DNA of 64,000 bases from Camelus ferus (taxonomy: Eukaryota), in the NCBI RefSeq assembly GCF_009834535.1, contig NC_045702.1, positions 22,816,001 through 22,880,000 of the forward strand, written 5' to 3'. Below, one piece after another: positions 25,757 to 38,919 of the stretch. Below the pieces are notes generated by a model, which was given only the letters and a program-made list of their open reading frames with translations, was not told the origin of the DNA and did not search any database. Each line of letters opens with the position of its first letter. The first letter of the stretch is position 1. Position numbers and translations under genes: made by a program.

Positions 25757-25914
25757 ATTTTTTAAATATAGTTAATTTACAATATTGTGTTGGTTTCAGG
25801 TGTACAGCAAAGTGATATATATTTTATATATATATATTCTCTTCAGATTCTTTCCATTATAGGTCCTTACAAGATATTGAATGTAGTTCCCTGTGCTATA
25901 CAGTAGGTCCTTGC
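25757..25914 (-). mobile_element. Artiodactyl-type L1 3' end fragment
   Basis: tatagttaatttacaatattgtgttggtttcaggtgtacagcaaagtga...caagatattgaatgtagttccctgtgctatacagtaggtccttg. Confidence 0.8.
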
Positions 25915-28190
25915 ATGTTTCTTAGCCTTGACCACTCTGGGAGAAGAATGGATAGAGGCCTGAGGGTGGGGAGGAGAATGATTTGATGATGGGAGAAATG
26001 TATTAGGGTACAAGACCTAAAATTCCACTTGGAAATTAAGTTACCAGAGTAAGAGAGACATGAATACAGGAAAAAGAAATCACCATCGTGCCTTAGGACG
26101 TAGAATGTTCTCTTAAGGGGTTAGTGTCTCATAAATGTAAGTGTGTCACAGGCTTACAAAGTCAAAAAACGTGGTGTAGATAAACAGATACATGTTCATG
26201 AGTCCCACACTGACATCTGATTATTCGTTCATGGGGTTTGGTTAATATTTTTCTTTTTTTCCTCAGATTTGAAGACAAGACTCAGGGGTCAAGTAGCAGA
26301 TTTTAAGGATCTGTTGTCTACCCTCACAGTGTAGGGTAGCTCAAAGCTAGCCAGGAGGGAAAGGAACATCAGAGAATTTAAGAGGATAACAAGTGAGCTG
26401 GTTCTGAGACCCAGCCTGGAATTCGATAGGGCCACGGAGGCTGTGAGTCATGTTATGTTATCCTCACCTAATCGAGCCAGTGTTCATCAGGGAACCTCTG
26501 CACAGAAGTGCCAATTCCTTGCCTTAAAGAGTCAGGTCCGTCGATAGCATCAGATCATAGATGTAGTCTCTGGGCAAGTCTGCAGAACAGTCCCCCCAAA
26601 AGAAGCCTGTTTAAAAACCAAGAAACAAAAACCAAAAACCAAAAACCAGTGCACTGCAGTTTGTGAGTGTCTAATTAAAAGAAAGAAAAAGAAAATGAAA
26701 GGAATGGAACTCTGGTTGCCCTGAGGGATTTCAGATCACGAAGCCCTTAGAGACTTAACTTTGTAGAAAAAAAGTGAAAACACAGTCAGAAAACACATCA
26801 GAAGAGTCAAGTAGTTAAGATTTTAAACAAAGGCCAGTCCTGGCAGTACAGTTTTATCACTGACCACAGGATAGGTGGGAAGATCCTTAGCTCCTATGTA
26901 AAGGCATCCAGCATCAGCGTGTGTTCATGACGTGTACGTGACTTTCCAAATCCATCACATCTTTCTCTCCACGTCCCCTCAGTCTGTGCGCAGACTTACT
27001 GGACTCCTCCTTAAGCCTTCACTCTGTCATGAGAAACCCTGGTTATCTGTTAGAGAGCTCCTATATTCTGGCTGAAATCACTGAGTTCATTTATGCCCAG
27101 CAGTGATAAGGAGTTTAATAGTCTGCCAGGGACAGGAGTAATGCTTTTGATGTAATGGTTTATCAGACTGGTAGTAAATACTGCTCAGTGTTAGCACACT
27201 CAACAGTATCATTGACTGAACCCGGAAATATGAATTTGATGGCCAGGTTAATTGGTGATAATTAGTGGCGTCATTTAAAATATTTCAAGTTTCACTTTTA
27301 AATTTCTTTCTAAGCTTTTATCTTAGAAAATTGCTTGAAATTTTCTGATACCACCTCTCCAGACCCTGAAGCCAGTGTAGAGAGGCAATCTCTTTTCATT
27401 TTTTGTGGATAATAACTTCACGTATTATTTTATAGCTTGAATTCTTCATTTAGTAAGTTATTTACTGACACTATGATAAGAAAGGCAAAGACTTAGTTCA
27501 TTTTTGCTAGCTTTCCCTCTTTCTTCTCCTCCCAGTGTTTGGTGGTGTTTTTTTGTTCTTTGGCTTTTTTTTTATGGTATTGTTTTGAGATTCTAGTTTT
27601 TCTTCTGGTGAATTTTGTGACCATGAAAAATATACTTAAGCCTCTATTCCTGACTCTAACCTTTTGACATATATCTTATGACATATACTTCAACTCCCTT
27701 TATATGAGAAGAATTTATTAAAACATATAGACTTTGTTATGCTCTCTCTTTTCATGGATACAACCTGGTTTTTTGTTTTTTGTTTTTTGTTTTTGGAGCC
27801 ACACTTTCACGGTTACATCCTTAAGTTGTTAACATTGACTTTCTGTCTGGAAGGACAACTATGGTCCTTTCTTTGTCCCTAGATTGATTCTAAAAGTAGA
27901 AAACAATGAAACATTTACATTACTTTAACTATGTAAACACTGTTTAAGTTCTGGGCTAGGACACCATTTCCTGTTCCAAAAGATCTGCTGCCTAAACCTG
28001 GACCACCCAAAGGAGAACGTTGCTGGCATCGAGGTCAGAAGGATTCTCCATTCCTGTACTCAAACTATTGCTTAACATTCAAACGCATTTTTATCTGCTT
28101 TATTTTTAGATTTTTTAAAAAAGACATTTGTCCTGATTCTTCCAATCTCTATTCTGTTCATTTTTCCTTGCACAGTTTGCCACTGCTCGC

Positions 28191-28193
<3 letters not shown>

Positions 28194-28244
<51 letters not shown>
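28194..28244. repeat. (CT)25 perfect microsatellite
   Basis: Direct reading. It explains the ERERER tail of ORF 28191-28388. Confidence 0.95.
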
Positions 28245-28246
<2 letters not shown>

Positions 28247-28429
28247 CTATTGTCATGAGTCTTCCTTCAACCCCCTTATAGATTTCCCTTCTGAACCTCT
28301 GTCTCCCTGCTTCCAGCTTTACCGGTTGCCTTCTGAGTTCGCTGCATAAATGGCTTCCCCTGATTTCCCCTCTGGGGTGGAATCTCATCTCATGAATGTC
28401 ATGTTTTCCTTTTCCTTTATTTACTCCCT

Positions 28430-29300
28430 ACATTTTGGGGACACGTCCTCAGATAAGTTCCCACGCTAGGGTGCAAGAGAATAAAACTATTTCAGTAAAT
28501 GTCTTCAAAAAATAGCTTTATTCTGGCTTGCACTTAATGGATAGATTGGTTGGATTTGGAAGCACTGATAGATAACTATTTTTCTTCAGAATTTTGAAGG
28601 AACCACTTGGTCATTTCTAATATCCAGTATTGCTGGTAAGGAACACCTCTGTAAGAAACTAGGGGTGACTTGGCAACATCTGTCATTCCTCAAACAGGGG
28701 ACTCAGTGGACCTTTTCAATAGGAAGACTCATATCTCCTAAGCTCTGAAACATTTCTTTATATCACTTATTAGATATTATACTATTCCCAATTGTCTCTC
28801 ATTTTTTTCTTTTTGTTATCCTCTTCATCAAATATTATACTGTGTGGTGATTCCTTATCTCTGTTACGTTTTCTCTTATATTTGTCTTTTTGCTTTGTAC
28901 ATTCTACATGTTCTCAATTTTATGTTCCAATCTTTCCAACTTTTTATTTCAGTAACTGTATTATTAGTCTTGAATATTACCATTTTGATCCCTGGTGTTG
29001 ACTTTCAACAGCATATTATTTTGTATCTATGGGTATATTTTCCTCTTGAATCTCTATGAATATGTTATTTATAATTTTTTAAAGTTCCTTTTCATTCTGT
29101 GGAATACCCCAGTTTCCTACAAGATCAGAGAGCTTTCAGTCTGTTTATCTTCTGTTCTCTCTTTCCCTTTTCTGCTGTTTGGTGATTCTTGGTTAAAGAA
29201 ATTCCTAGATAGTTGGAAAGGGTTTCCTCTGCTTCTGTGAAAGATGATTTATTTTTTTCCTCCCAAATCTCTGATTTGCAGAAGTCAGACCAGGACCTCT
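28430..29300 (-). mobile_element. Ancient L1M/HAL1-class fragment
   Basis: gatagattggttggattt...tttttcttcagaattttgaagg...ttctaatatccagtattgctg...gggactcagtggaccttttcaataggaagactcatatc. Confidence 0.6.
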
Positions 29301-32300
29301 GAGCAGGTGAGAGGGGGGGGGGACGGATCTGTTGGCAGGTGAAGAGGATTTTTTTCTCCCGAGAAGGGCCGGCAGACACACTAGATGTCTTAGTATTCCC
29401 AGACTTTTGTTCAGTTTCTTTAAGAAGAGATTTCTGGTTTCTTGTGGGGGTAAATGCCAACTGAGTGGAATGGATGTCCCACCCTGGTTCTGTAATGTAG
29501 ACCATCAGTGATACTGCATATCTGCTATTTTCAACACAGTGTTTTAATATCATTTAAATCTCATAAAATTCAAATTACTTGCTGTCTCCAGCTGTTATGT
29601 CTCCATGGGATTCCCTTGGGCAAATTGGTATCCTTTGAAGCCACCTAACAGTATATTTTAAGTTTTTAATTTTCCATTTATTTTTATCTATCAACCCATG
29701 AGCCTCCATTTCCTTTATTCCTAGCATTCATTAAAAATCTTGTCTGTTGATAACAAATCCCTTTACATTTTGTATAATTACATAGTCTCTGATGGCTTTA
29801 TTCTTTCTTACACATCTAGACTTTTCCAACAGAGGAATGGACAGCAGGACATGAGCCCACTGCTTATCCTAGGTCAGCAGTGTCAATGTGGTTTGAAAAT
29901 AACCTCATGAAATGCTGTTTTACTGGTAAAGAGGGAAATTGTCAATTAATTGTTAGATTATTAGATTTAGAAGAGAAGTGGCAGACATCACAAGAGTGAT
30001 GTGCTATTTGAATTTGGCTGTAACTTATGCTGCCAACACTCCAAATATATGTTCTTAAGGCAAGATTTTGTTGGAATATTTACGAATGAATATAGGATTT
30101 AACTGGATACCTACTTTCCAGAAAGAGTTCTTGGTTGGAGTTTTGTTCTTTCACATCCTGGTTTTCCTAGGATGGGGTAGCCAGAGGAAATGTTGTCATG
30201 GCAACTCTTATGGGTGGGAGTGTTGGGGAGAATGCCAGAGATTGCCCCTGAAGTTTTTTTGATAGCTTTATAATTTTGCATCAGTGGTAAAGGAAGGTAT
30301 TTTTCAAGAGCTCTTCAACCTTCCAATAAATGGGTAATAGGAATAGCTCTAAACTAAATTATTCATTGTTACCACTTATAAAGACTTTTTTAGAGATTTC
30401 TAGTCCTTGTCAGTGGGCGGGTTGCTTCCTAGGAGCATAGGAGATACTTTGAATTTCTAATTTCTAGTTTATTTTATATTCATACAATAAAGTTGGCTAC
30501 TGCAGCTGTAGTAGCTCAATACTTTGAGCCCTGAAGTTATAATTCAAGAAATATCCTAGCTGACAGATGTCTGGGACCCATATCCAATTCTATGCTTACT
30601 GATGCAAGGATTTTTCATCCAACACTATTCTATACTGTCTCCCAGTGGGGGAGTGCAGGTGAACTGAAATCAAATATAAAATGACTGACGGCCAGAAAAT
30701 ATGAATACACAATGTAAAAAGTGAGTATGTGGCAAAGTAATTGGGAAGGAATGAGATGAGGAAGAAGCAGCTGGAGGGGATTGGGGGAGGGGGCAAGAAG
30801 CCAATAGAAACCAAAAGAAAATATCAAGTTACTTTAGGAATCAAGGAGATTGGGAAAATGTGATCTAGTCTAGAGCCAAGGAAGGGTTAAGAGGAAAATC
30901 AGAATGTTCTGGTCTTAAAATCCAAGTGAATAAGCAATACACTCACATTTCAGGTGACTATCGAGAGAGAAAATGTTGTCTTACAGAGGTCAGTTGTTCT
31001 TGGAGCTCTGATTGAAAATTCTAAGTATTTTTAAGGACTGGAATTTTAAAAAGGATAATTTCTAAGATTGATATTGTTTAGATCTGAAAAACTAGCAGAC
31101 CTCGGATTGATTTGGGTGCCTGTGAATTGCCTTTCTGTATTCAGCTTAGAGTCCTTACACTTTGCAGCCAAGAGTAGATTTTCCTTTCTAAATAGATGAG
31201 ACTGCATTTTTGGATAATTTATGTCTTTGGGGGAAGTAGAATGCACACTTGACCACACATAACCGAAAGAACTACTTGGCCTCTTCTCCAGTCATGGTCA
31301 CAGCAAAACTGACCGACACTAAGGAAAGCTTCCTCCCTGGGACGTCACCTGATTTCACTCAAATTTTGGTGACAAATGTTAACACTCCCTAAGGAATACC
31401 GGTCTGTCAGTATTTGATTGGAATTTCTGATCTGAATATAAAATGTCCCTTTCTTCTGGAGATAGAATAAAATTAAAAATAAAATTGTTTCAACATCTTT
31501 GCCTCTTTTTGAAGAAGTTCAGTATACCTTAGGAAAACAAAAATTTCATTACGTGGAGCCTGTCACGATTGTTAAAGACCCAAGCTGGAAAGTAACTCTT
31601 TGCAAACAATAGTTACTTGGCACTTTTGCCAGCTTCATTGTAGGGAACAAATTAGGGAAACATTGGCTTTGACTATGTTGTGTAAAACACAAAACAAAAC
31701 TAGATGAAGAAACTCCTCTGTCTTTGACAGCTCACTTCTTTGAGAGAAGTAATAACATTTTCGTTATTAGATTCCTCGTGAATCTTCTGTGTGCTCATTT
31801 GAAGCAGCTCAACTTTGGGGGCATAAATTTTCAAAGAATAATTTTAAGAAGTATGATAGAGCAGAGTTTTTAAGAATCATGAGAACAGGGCTGGTTCACT
31901 GCTGTTCAGCTGTGGATTTGCAAAGGCATCGTCCTCTGTTTTCTTTTCTGGAATTCCCAGCCTTGATTTGCTCTTAGTTCTTGATTTCCCTTTTAATACT
32001 ATCAGTCTTGATACTGATTTTACATTTGCTTAGCATGTTTCATCCTAGCTAAGATCCAAATCCCTTTGTCATAATTTCCAACTGATTAAAGAACTAGAAA
32101 TATTTGTGGGTGCTTAAGAGGGTGCTTAAGCCACTGGAGGCTCAGATGCCACCCTTTTAAAAAACCTAATTTTAGTTGTTATTAAAATCCTATGGAAGAA
32201 TAATTCCATGTATTTTTCAACCTGGTCGGCATTTTTAACTTCCAGGTAGACATTATTAACTGAAATAAGGGAAAGCATTGTACATTTTCTTAATAGTTTT

Positions 32301-34224
32301 CAACAAACAACAGATCAATGATCCGCAAATAAATTTAGGAGAGTAACCATTTACCCCAAAGTCTGCCATTTTATAAACCTTCTAAAATTCGCAATTATAT
32401 TTAGTTAAAAATGATAGCCCACAGTGGGACAAAAGACAGAGAAAGCCATGTAGTTTTCATGAAGACATGTAAACCAGAGAAATATATGTTTTGTAGGCTA
32501 ATCAAATAACCCTAAGCTGTTTAGTTTTTAAGATTGACATCAGCTCTCAATCACCTACGCTAATAGAGAAGAATTTTCAAATTAAAAAAGTGAATCATTT
32601 AGAAATACTTTATTTTTGTAATATATCTTTCTTCTTTACTATCAGTGTAAATGTGAATATATTTGATGTCATGAAATTCACAAAACTTTAAACAGTTTTG
32701 AGACCCTCAAGCTGTCTAAATCAACAGCCAAATTTCTTCCTTTATTGTTATTATAACTGGTTTATTAAATAATTTTAATTTACTGGGGGTATAAATAAAA
32801 ACATTGCTCATTTCTTCTTTTCCTGTTCTTTAGAAAAGTCGAGTGCAGATTCCATAGCTGTCTGAAGATTTTTTGGCTCTCAAAAAGAATTCAGCATCAT
32901 TTAGGATGGCAATCTTATATCTTATTCAAAGCTCTACCCCTTACACTCCCAAAGTAGGCTAGAGCTGTTATTTTGGCCAACTGAAGTGTAAGTGAGGGCT
33001 TGTGGGCAGGAATGGGGCAGGGGGCAGTGTACAAGGCTTGTGTCCTCTTTTTGGACATCTTATTTCCCTCTCTTATACCTGGTTGGGGGCAGGCAGGAGC
33101 CATAGGTGACACTAAGCTCATCTTCTCTCACTGGGGGCTTGTCAATAGTAGGGCAACATTTTGATCTCACTCTGACTCAGTCTGGTTCCATTTGCTGGTG
33201 ACCGTGGCTGACAAGTGGTTTCCAAGTCAATAGTTGGTTTGATTTCTTTGAGTTGAGTTCAGCTTTATCCCCACATAGTCTTTGATGAGAAACCCTTCAG
33301 AAAACAGCAGCCATTATATCCCCTGGCCCTTGATATTGATCAAAATCTCCAATCAAAACCCTCGGACTAGGAGAGATGTCTTATTGCTTGACTCAGAAGC
33401 TGCTGGGAATGCCTACCTACAGTACCTGCCTGTTATCTAACTTCTGTGGTTTTTCACATAAAGGTGGAGCCACATGAACTACTACTAAATCCTCTTCCCT
33501 CTCTCCAAGCCTTTGGAAGCCACCCGCTATCCTAAGCATAACCATAGGCATCACACTTTTAATTTTGGACTGCATGAGACCCTTTATTATTGTCATTTTT
33601 TTTTATCTCATTGGTTGAGGCTCCTCCAGCAAGTCACCAGCCTTCAGAAATCTCCAGCAATAAGCACTGTCTCTACTGACGTACATCATGAGATGCCAAA
33701 AAAGCTATCTCACCATCCTTCTCTCTAAGGGTAGTCCCAAGTGTACCTGTAGGTTCTGTTGCTCAGCAAACACCCATCCAGAACATCTTTTCTTGCAGAT
33801 ATTAGCACTTTCTACAGGGGGTTTCGGGAGAACCCTCATTCTGAGGAAGAAAGCCAGTAGCCTCTTCCATGAATATTGCTCTTCTTGGAAGGCTGGTGAG
33901 CCTCAGATGGATGCCCTCCCCATCGATTTTCTCCATATTTGGATGAGAGGTGAGGGTTAGGGTGGTGTGGGGGATCTGCCCTGGAAGTGGGGTGCTTCTG
34001 AAGCATCTTGGTTGGCCTTCAGGGTAGCTCACTGACTCCTCGCTAGACTGTAAGTCAGTGCAGTTTTGGGGCAACTCTTCTTACACCTTTCAGTTTTGGC
34101 TCTCTACTTAGATTTCTGAGGCAAAGAAAAAGTCCCACTCAACATTCTGTGATGCTGTAATTTCTTAGTATTTTCAGGGGCAGCATGTGAGGCAATGAAT
34201 GTTGCTGGTAAAATATGCTTGTTT

Positions 34225-34349
34225 GGGGAGTGTACAGCTCAGTTGTAGAGCACATGCTTAGCATGCACAAGGTCCTGGGTTCAATCCCCAGTACCTCTGT
34301 TAAATAAATAAAACTTAATTCTCTCCCCTCTAAAAAAAATATTTTTTGA
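34225..34349 (+). mobile_element. Vic-1-type camelid SINE (tRNA-Ala(AGC)-derived) with 10-bp TSD ATGCTTGTTT
   Basis: GGGGAGTGTACAGCTCAGTTGTAGAGCACATGCTTAGCATGCACAAGGTCCTGGGTTCAATCCCCAGTACCTC, then an AT-rich linker, a CCCC run and an A tail. B box GGTTCAATCCC at 34278-34288. TSD copies at 34215-34224 and 34350-34359. Confidence 0.88.
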
Positions 34350-35429
34350 ATGCTTGTTTTAACTTCATAGGGCAAGCAGCAATTCTGATATAAACAGGAG
34401 ACTTCAGAAGAATGGTTCAGAATGTCAAGAATTTAAAAATACCATTGATGTCATAATTAACTGAAGGTGGAGTATAAGGCCTTGGATTCTACAGAGCCAA
34501 ATGTCTTGCTAAATGAAATAGAACAAGGGGAAATACATAAAAGTACCAAGATAGCTATGGGATTGCTACATTCATTATAATGGGCTTTAAAGTTGAAAAA
34601 CATCATATTCATTACAATGGGAAGTACTGATACATTTTGAATAATAATCGTTAGCCACTCACTTAACCATACATTTCTTTAGTAATTCTTTGTTTTAGCT
34701 GTCTTTTCAATGTTTAGAGCTCACGTATTTAAAGGCTTAGATTATTTTTAAGATAAGTTATACCTAAGTTTCATTTCCTAATTTAGATTCATAAATTATG
34801 TGCCACATTGAAACTTTTTATTAATATTAAATGAGTATTTCTTCAACAGTAAACACTTAGTATTACATTTCTTTATCCCTCATGCCAGGATTCCCTGGTC
34901 AATTAAGACTCAAAAAACAGATTAGAAGACTAACCAGTCATTACTAGTCATACCTGGTAAGTAGTTCAAGAAAAGTTGGAAGTGAACACATTCTTTTTGC
35001 CACAAGAAAATGACCAAATTTTGGTGATGCCTTTGACACAAATATAATCTCTTCTTACTACTCTTTATCAAGAGTTTCACTTCAAATACTCCTACATAAA
35101 ACTCTGGCCAGCAAGGCACTTTACCTCGTTCAACATTTGCTCAGTCCTTTTAATGACCCATCCAGCTTGGCAGTTTGTGATTTTATCACCTCTAACTTTT
35201 TTATATGCACCCTCTGGATCATATTGCCAGATTTCAGGGCTTTGGGAAATATCCTTCTTAAAGTTAAATCAATTGGATATATTACTTAAAAGTATAAAAG
35301 AAAATACCTTATACATCACATAAGAATATCTAAAGAAAATCCGTGGATAGATAAGGAAGAATCTACAAACCATTGCTATTGATCAGAACATTATATTATC
35401 ATTTTGGTAATAATATGGTGTATCATCTT

Positions 35430-35938
35430 TGTTACTGAGTCCACCACATGACAGGCCAATAGATCGGGAGATGAGGTGTTGGGGCAGGGAATAACGACTT
35501 TATTCAGAAAGCCAACAGACTGAGAAGATGGCAGACTAATGTCCTGGAGAACCAAACATCTTCCCAAGGCAGGATTCAGGCTCCTTTTATACTAAAAAAG
35601 GGAGGGGGTGTGATTGGTTGTTTCAGACTTCTTGGTGTTGGAATCCTTTGTTCTTGCAGCTGTCCATGTAGGTCAGGTCATGGTGTCCCAGTAAACCTCC
35701 AACAAGACAAATGCTATTTTCTATTCTGCAAATTTTTATCTTTATATGAATGGGAAAGTGTTATATCCTTAAAGGTCAGAGCCTTGAGAATGGGCTATCC
35801 TGTATATTTCAGGCTATAGGCAACATTTTTTTTTACAAAAAGTGCAGAGCTTGCATGACTAAGCAGAGGAAACCGAACACAGGGTTAGAGCCAAAGGACA
35901 GATCTAATATGGAGTCAGATTTGTTCTTCCCTATTACA
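35430..35938 (-). mobile_element. ERV1-type solo LTR (509 bp), antisense to GRM8
   Basis: TGTTA...ATTACA termini with 4-bp flanks TCTT/CCTT. On the minus strand, in order: CCAAT (35613-35617), TATAAAA (35585-35591), AATAAA (35499-35504). Confidence 0.8.
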
Positions 35939-38892
35939 CCTTGCATTGGTTTCTGTCTTACTACTTCTGTAATTTTTTTTCCTTGAGGAGGTACAAGATG
36001 GAAGATGCCAATAATAGTAATTATGCGTGAACCAGGGGAAATAATGAAATAGATATTTCCCTGTGTGGACTGCAGGTGGGATCATAGATCATGCATAGGG
36101 ATGTCATGGGGAGGACAAGTTGACTAACAAAGTTTTAGGTAAAACTGATTCCTAGTATTGAACGTTCATTTTCCTAGAACGCACATTATGGAAAGGACTT
36201 GGGTAAGTGCACGTAACTTCACAGGCTGCTATAATAATTGAATTAAACACAGTAATGTCATTCATTAATGTATTTGGTTAACATTCCTATTTAGCCAACT
36301 TAGTAAATGCACATTTTATGAATCTTCACTGAATAAGCTGTACCACCTTCATCCAATTCCTAAATGCTATCAATCCCAGAATCTGTTTAATCCTGTCTAC
36401 AAAGTTTCAAAATGGTACTTAGAGAATTATTTTAGTGCTTCTTTAGAGTATTTTTGGTCTCCTTGTAGAAGCCTATTATAGAAAATATTTACCCTATCAG
36501 ATCTAACCGCTCATCACACTGTGTTCTTATCCAAAAAGGACCTGTTTTGACCAGTAAATTTCATCTGTGGCATTTTGTTTTTGTTTTTGTTTTTGTTTTT
36601 ACTTTGTACTCTTTGGTATTTTGCTGGTTCATTTCATCTCTGTGCAGAGATTTCTACTTATTTATTGACTCATTTATAAGTAACAGTGGAAAGCTGACTA
36701 AAAGTACTTCCTCCTGCTGTTTGAAATCTCAAGATGTAAATAAACATCCTTCTAAAATTTATGAACCGAGAATACAATAGTTTTTACGTAATTTTTCTCT
36801 ATTTTTTCCCTACCTTTCCATCAAATAGATCAATGTTATTTCTGGGTTGTTTAAACCAGGTGGAATATGAGCAATTCATTATAATTAGAAGTCTTGCTAA
36901 TAAATTGACTTCTAGTTAAAAATCAGTGACTTACATAGTCATTAATATGGATTAAAAATTACATGAATTTGAAAACTTCACTGCTCAACATTTTTATGTT
37001 CTTTCATCTGAAATAGAAGTTCAGTCATGTCTCTAAATAAAATGAAGCAAAGGCATTGTAGGATGTAAGTGTTGCTGCTGGTATATAAGTACAGATTTAC
37101 CTCCTCTGACAATACAGCCTTCTGTCTTTAGGTTGGATTTCAAGTGGCATTGCATTTGTGGCTCCAGCTGTCGGAGATCATAAAATGATCATGTCTGTTG
37201 ACACAATTACAGATTCTGCTATTCAAGAGTGGAGAGTGATTGAAGAGAATTTCAAAGAGAAAATATAATATATCCAGTTGCAAATGGACACAGATGTCAC
37301 TTCCAGAGGCATTAAACTCACTACTCTTACATTGAGCCTACGCAATAGAAAAAAACCAAGATTGAAATTTTCAGTTCCAATTTAAAATAATGGTTTACAT
37401 TCATACCACGTGGGGCCCTGAAAGTTCCAATTTATCCTCAAATATTCCTGTACAGTTGGGCGAATTCAGCAACTCAGTTGAGCATTTTTTAGTTCTGATT
37501 CTAAACACATTCCCCCACCCTCACTCTCGTCTCATTATAAGTTGTTAGGCCATTTAAATGGCATTTTAGAAGGAACTGAGTCACAACAAAACAATTTGAT
37601 CCATTCACGAATTATCCAGGATGACAGTCATTGAGATGGAGTTTGAATCTCTTTAAAGTTGAAACTCTTCAACTGGTGTTGAAACTACAAGTAGCTGACA
37701 CTTCCTTCAAGATCAGCACTGGGCTTACTTTGCCTTTCCAGCTCTCTGTGACCCATTCCCCTGTGCCCAGAGCACATTACTCACACCCCTTACTCACCAC
37801 GATTTGCTCTGGCAAAACTCATAAAAGGCTGTCTTGCATCAGTACCAGCCCCTCTTCAGTAAGTGTCAACAGGGCATCTGAGCCTGGCTCTGTACACGTG
37901 TTAGATTTTCTACATGTTTGCCATCCTTGGGGCACTGGATCCTGCACATTACCCTGTCTCACCCTAATACAGCTGCCGTGGCTCTGTCTTTAGATTTCAA
38001 AGTTTTCTTCTTAAAAATATCCTAATGAGAAAGATCTCACCAGTGAGGCACTGCTGAGGTCTGCTGCTCCTGCCAGTCTTGCAGGAGACAGTGGTCCAGT
38101 GGATGTCACAGGAAAGGGTCCCTGGTCCGTTTTTGGAGGGGAGCAGCCTCCCTGCAGGCAGCTCATTTCTCAGGGCAAGAGCAGGGCTCTACTTTGTCTT
38201 TTTCTCTGTGTTTCTTCTTTACGCTGTCGTCTAACCCTGCTCTTTAGAATGATACTTATTATTATATCTGTATTTTTTCATGTATCTTTGTGGATTCTAA
38301 ATAAAACTAAAGACACCAATGAAGAAGCCCTGGCACGTATACTTGATTAGAGAAAGAAACTAAGGAACAAGGTAATGGAACTAACACCCTCTTTAGAGAC
38401 AAAATATTGTTTTGAACAAAAAACATATTTCATTTATAGTCTTTTCTTTGTATCTTTCCATTTTTTAAAAAAAATAGTCTCAAGCATGATTGATGTTTAC
38501 AAGCCTGGAGTTTCTCTCCAAAAAAGAGGGAAAGTTTCTAACTAAAATTTATAAAAGCATATATCCTTTTTTTTTTTTTAAGAAGACTGCTTCACCATTA
38601 TAACTCTAGCTGCATTGTCATTCTTGAGCCCTACTTTGAAGCTTTACAATATAGGTGCCAATCTGAAAACCACAAAACAGTAACTTATATTTTTAACAGC
38701 CTGCCTCACTTTGAGAACTGAAATTATTCAAACACTCATCTGCTCTCCCAAGTAATTTTATTTCATGGATACAAAGTGCTTTGTCTCTTACTCAAGCAAC
38801 TTTAGACAAAGTGGGACATTTCTCCAACTATATGTTTCTAACCTCAAAATAGTTTATTATTTGGGCAAGTAAGAGAAAGCACACAAGCTGGA

Positions 38893-38919
38893 TTTTTTTT
38901 TTTTTTTTTTTTTTTTTTT
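38893..38919. repeat. T27 homopolymer
   Basis: Direct reading. Confidence 0.85.

Noticed and set aside
33173-33395. Two AP-1 sites (TGACTCA) 216 bp apart
   Set aside because: A 7-mer is expected several times per window, and there is no other support.
34225-34298. tRNA-Ala(AGC) gene
   Set aside because: It has an extended, mispaired acceptor stem, a SINE tail and a TSD, so it is a retroposed SINE.
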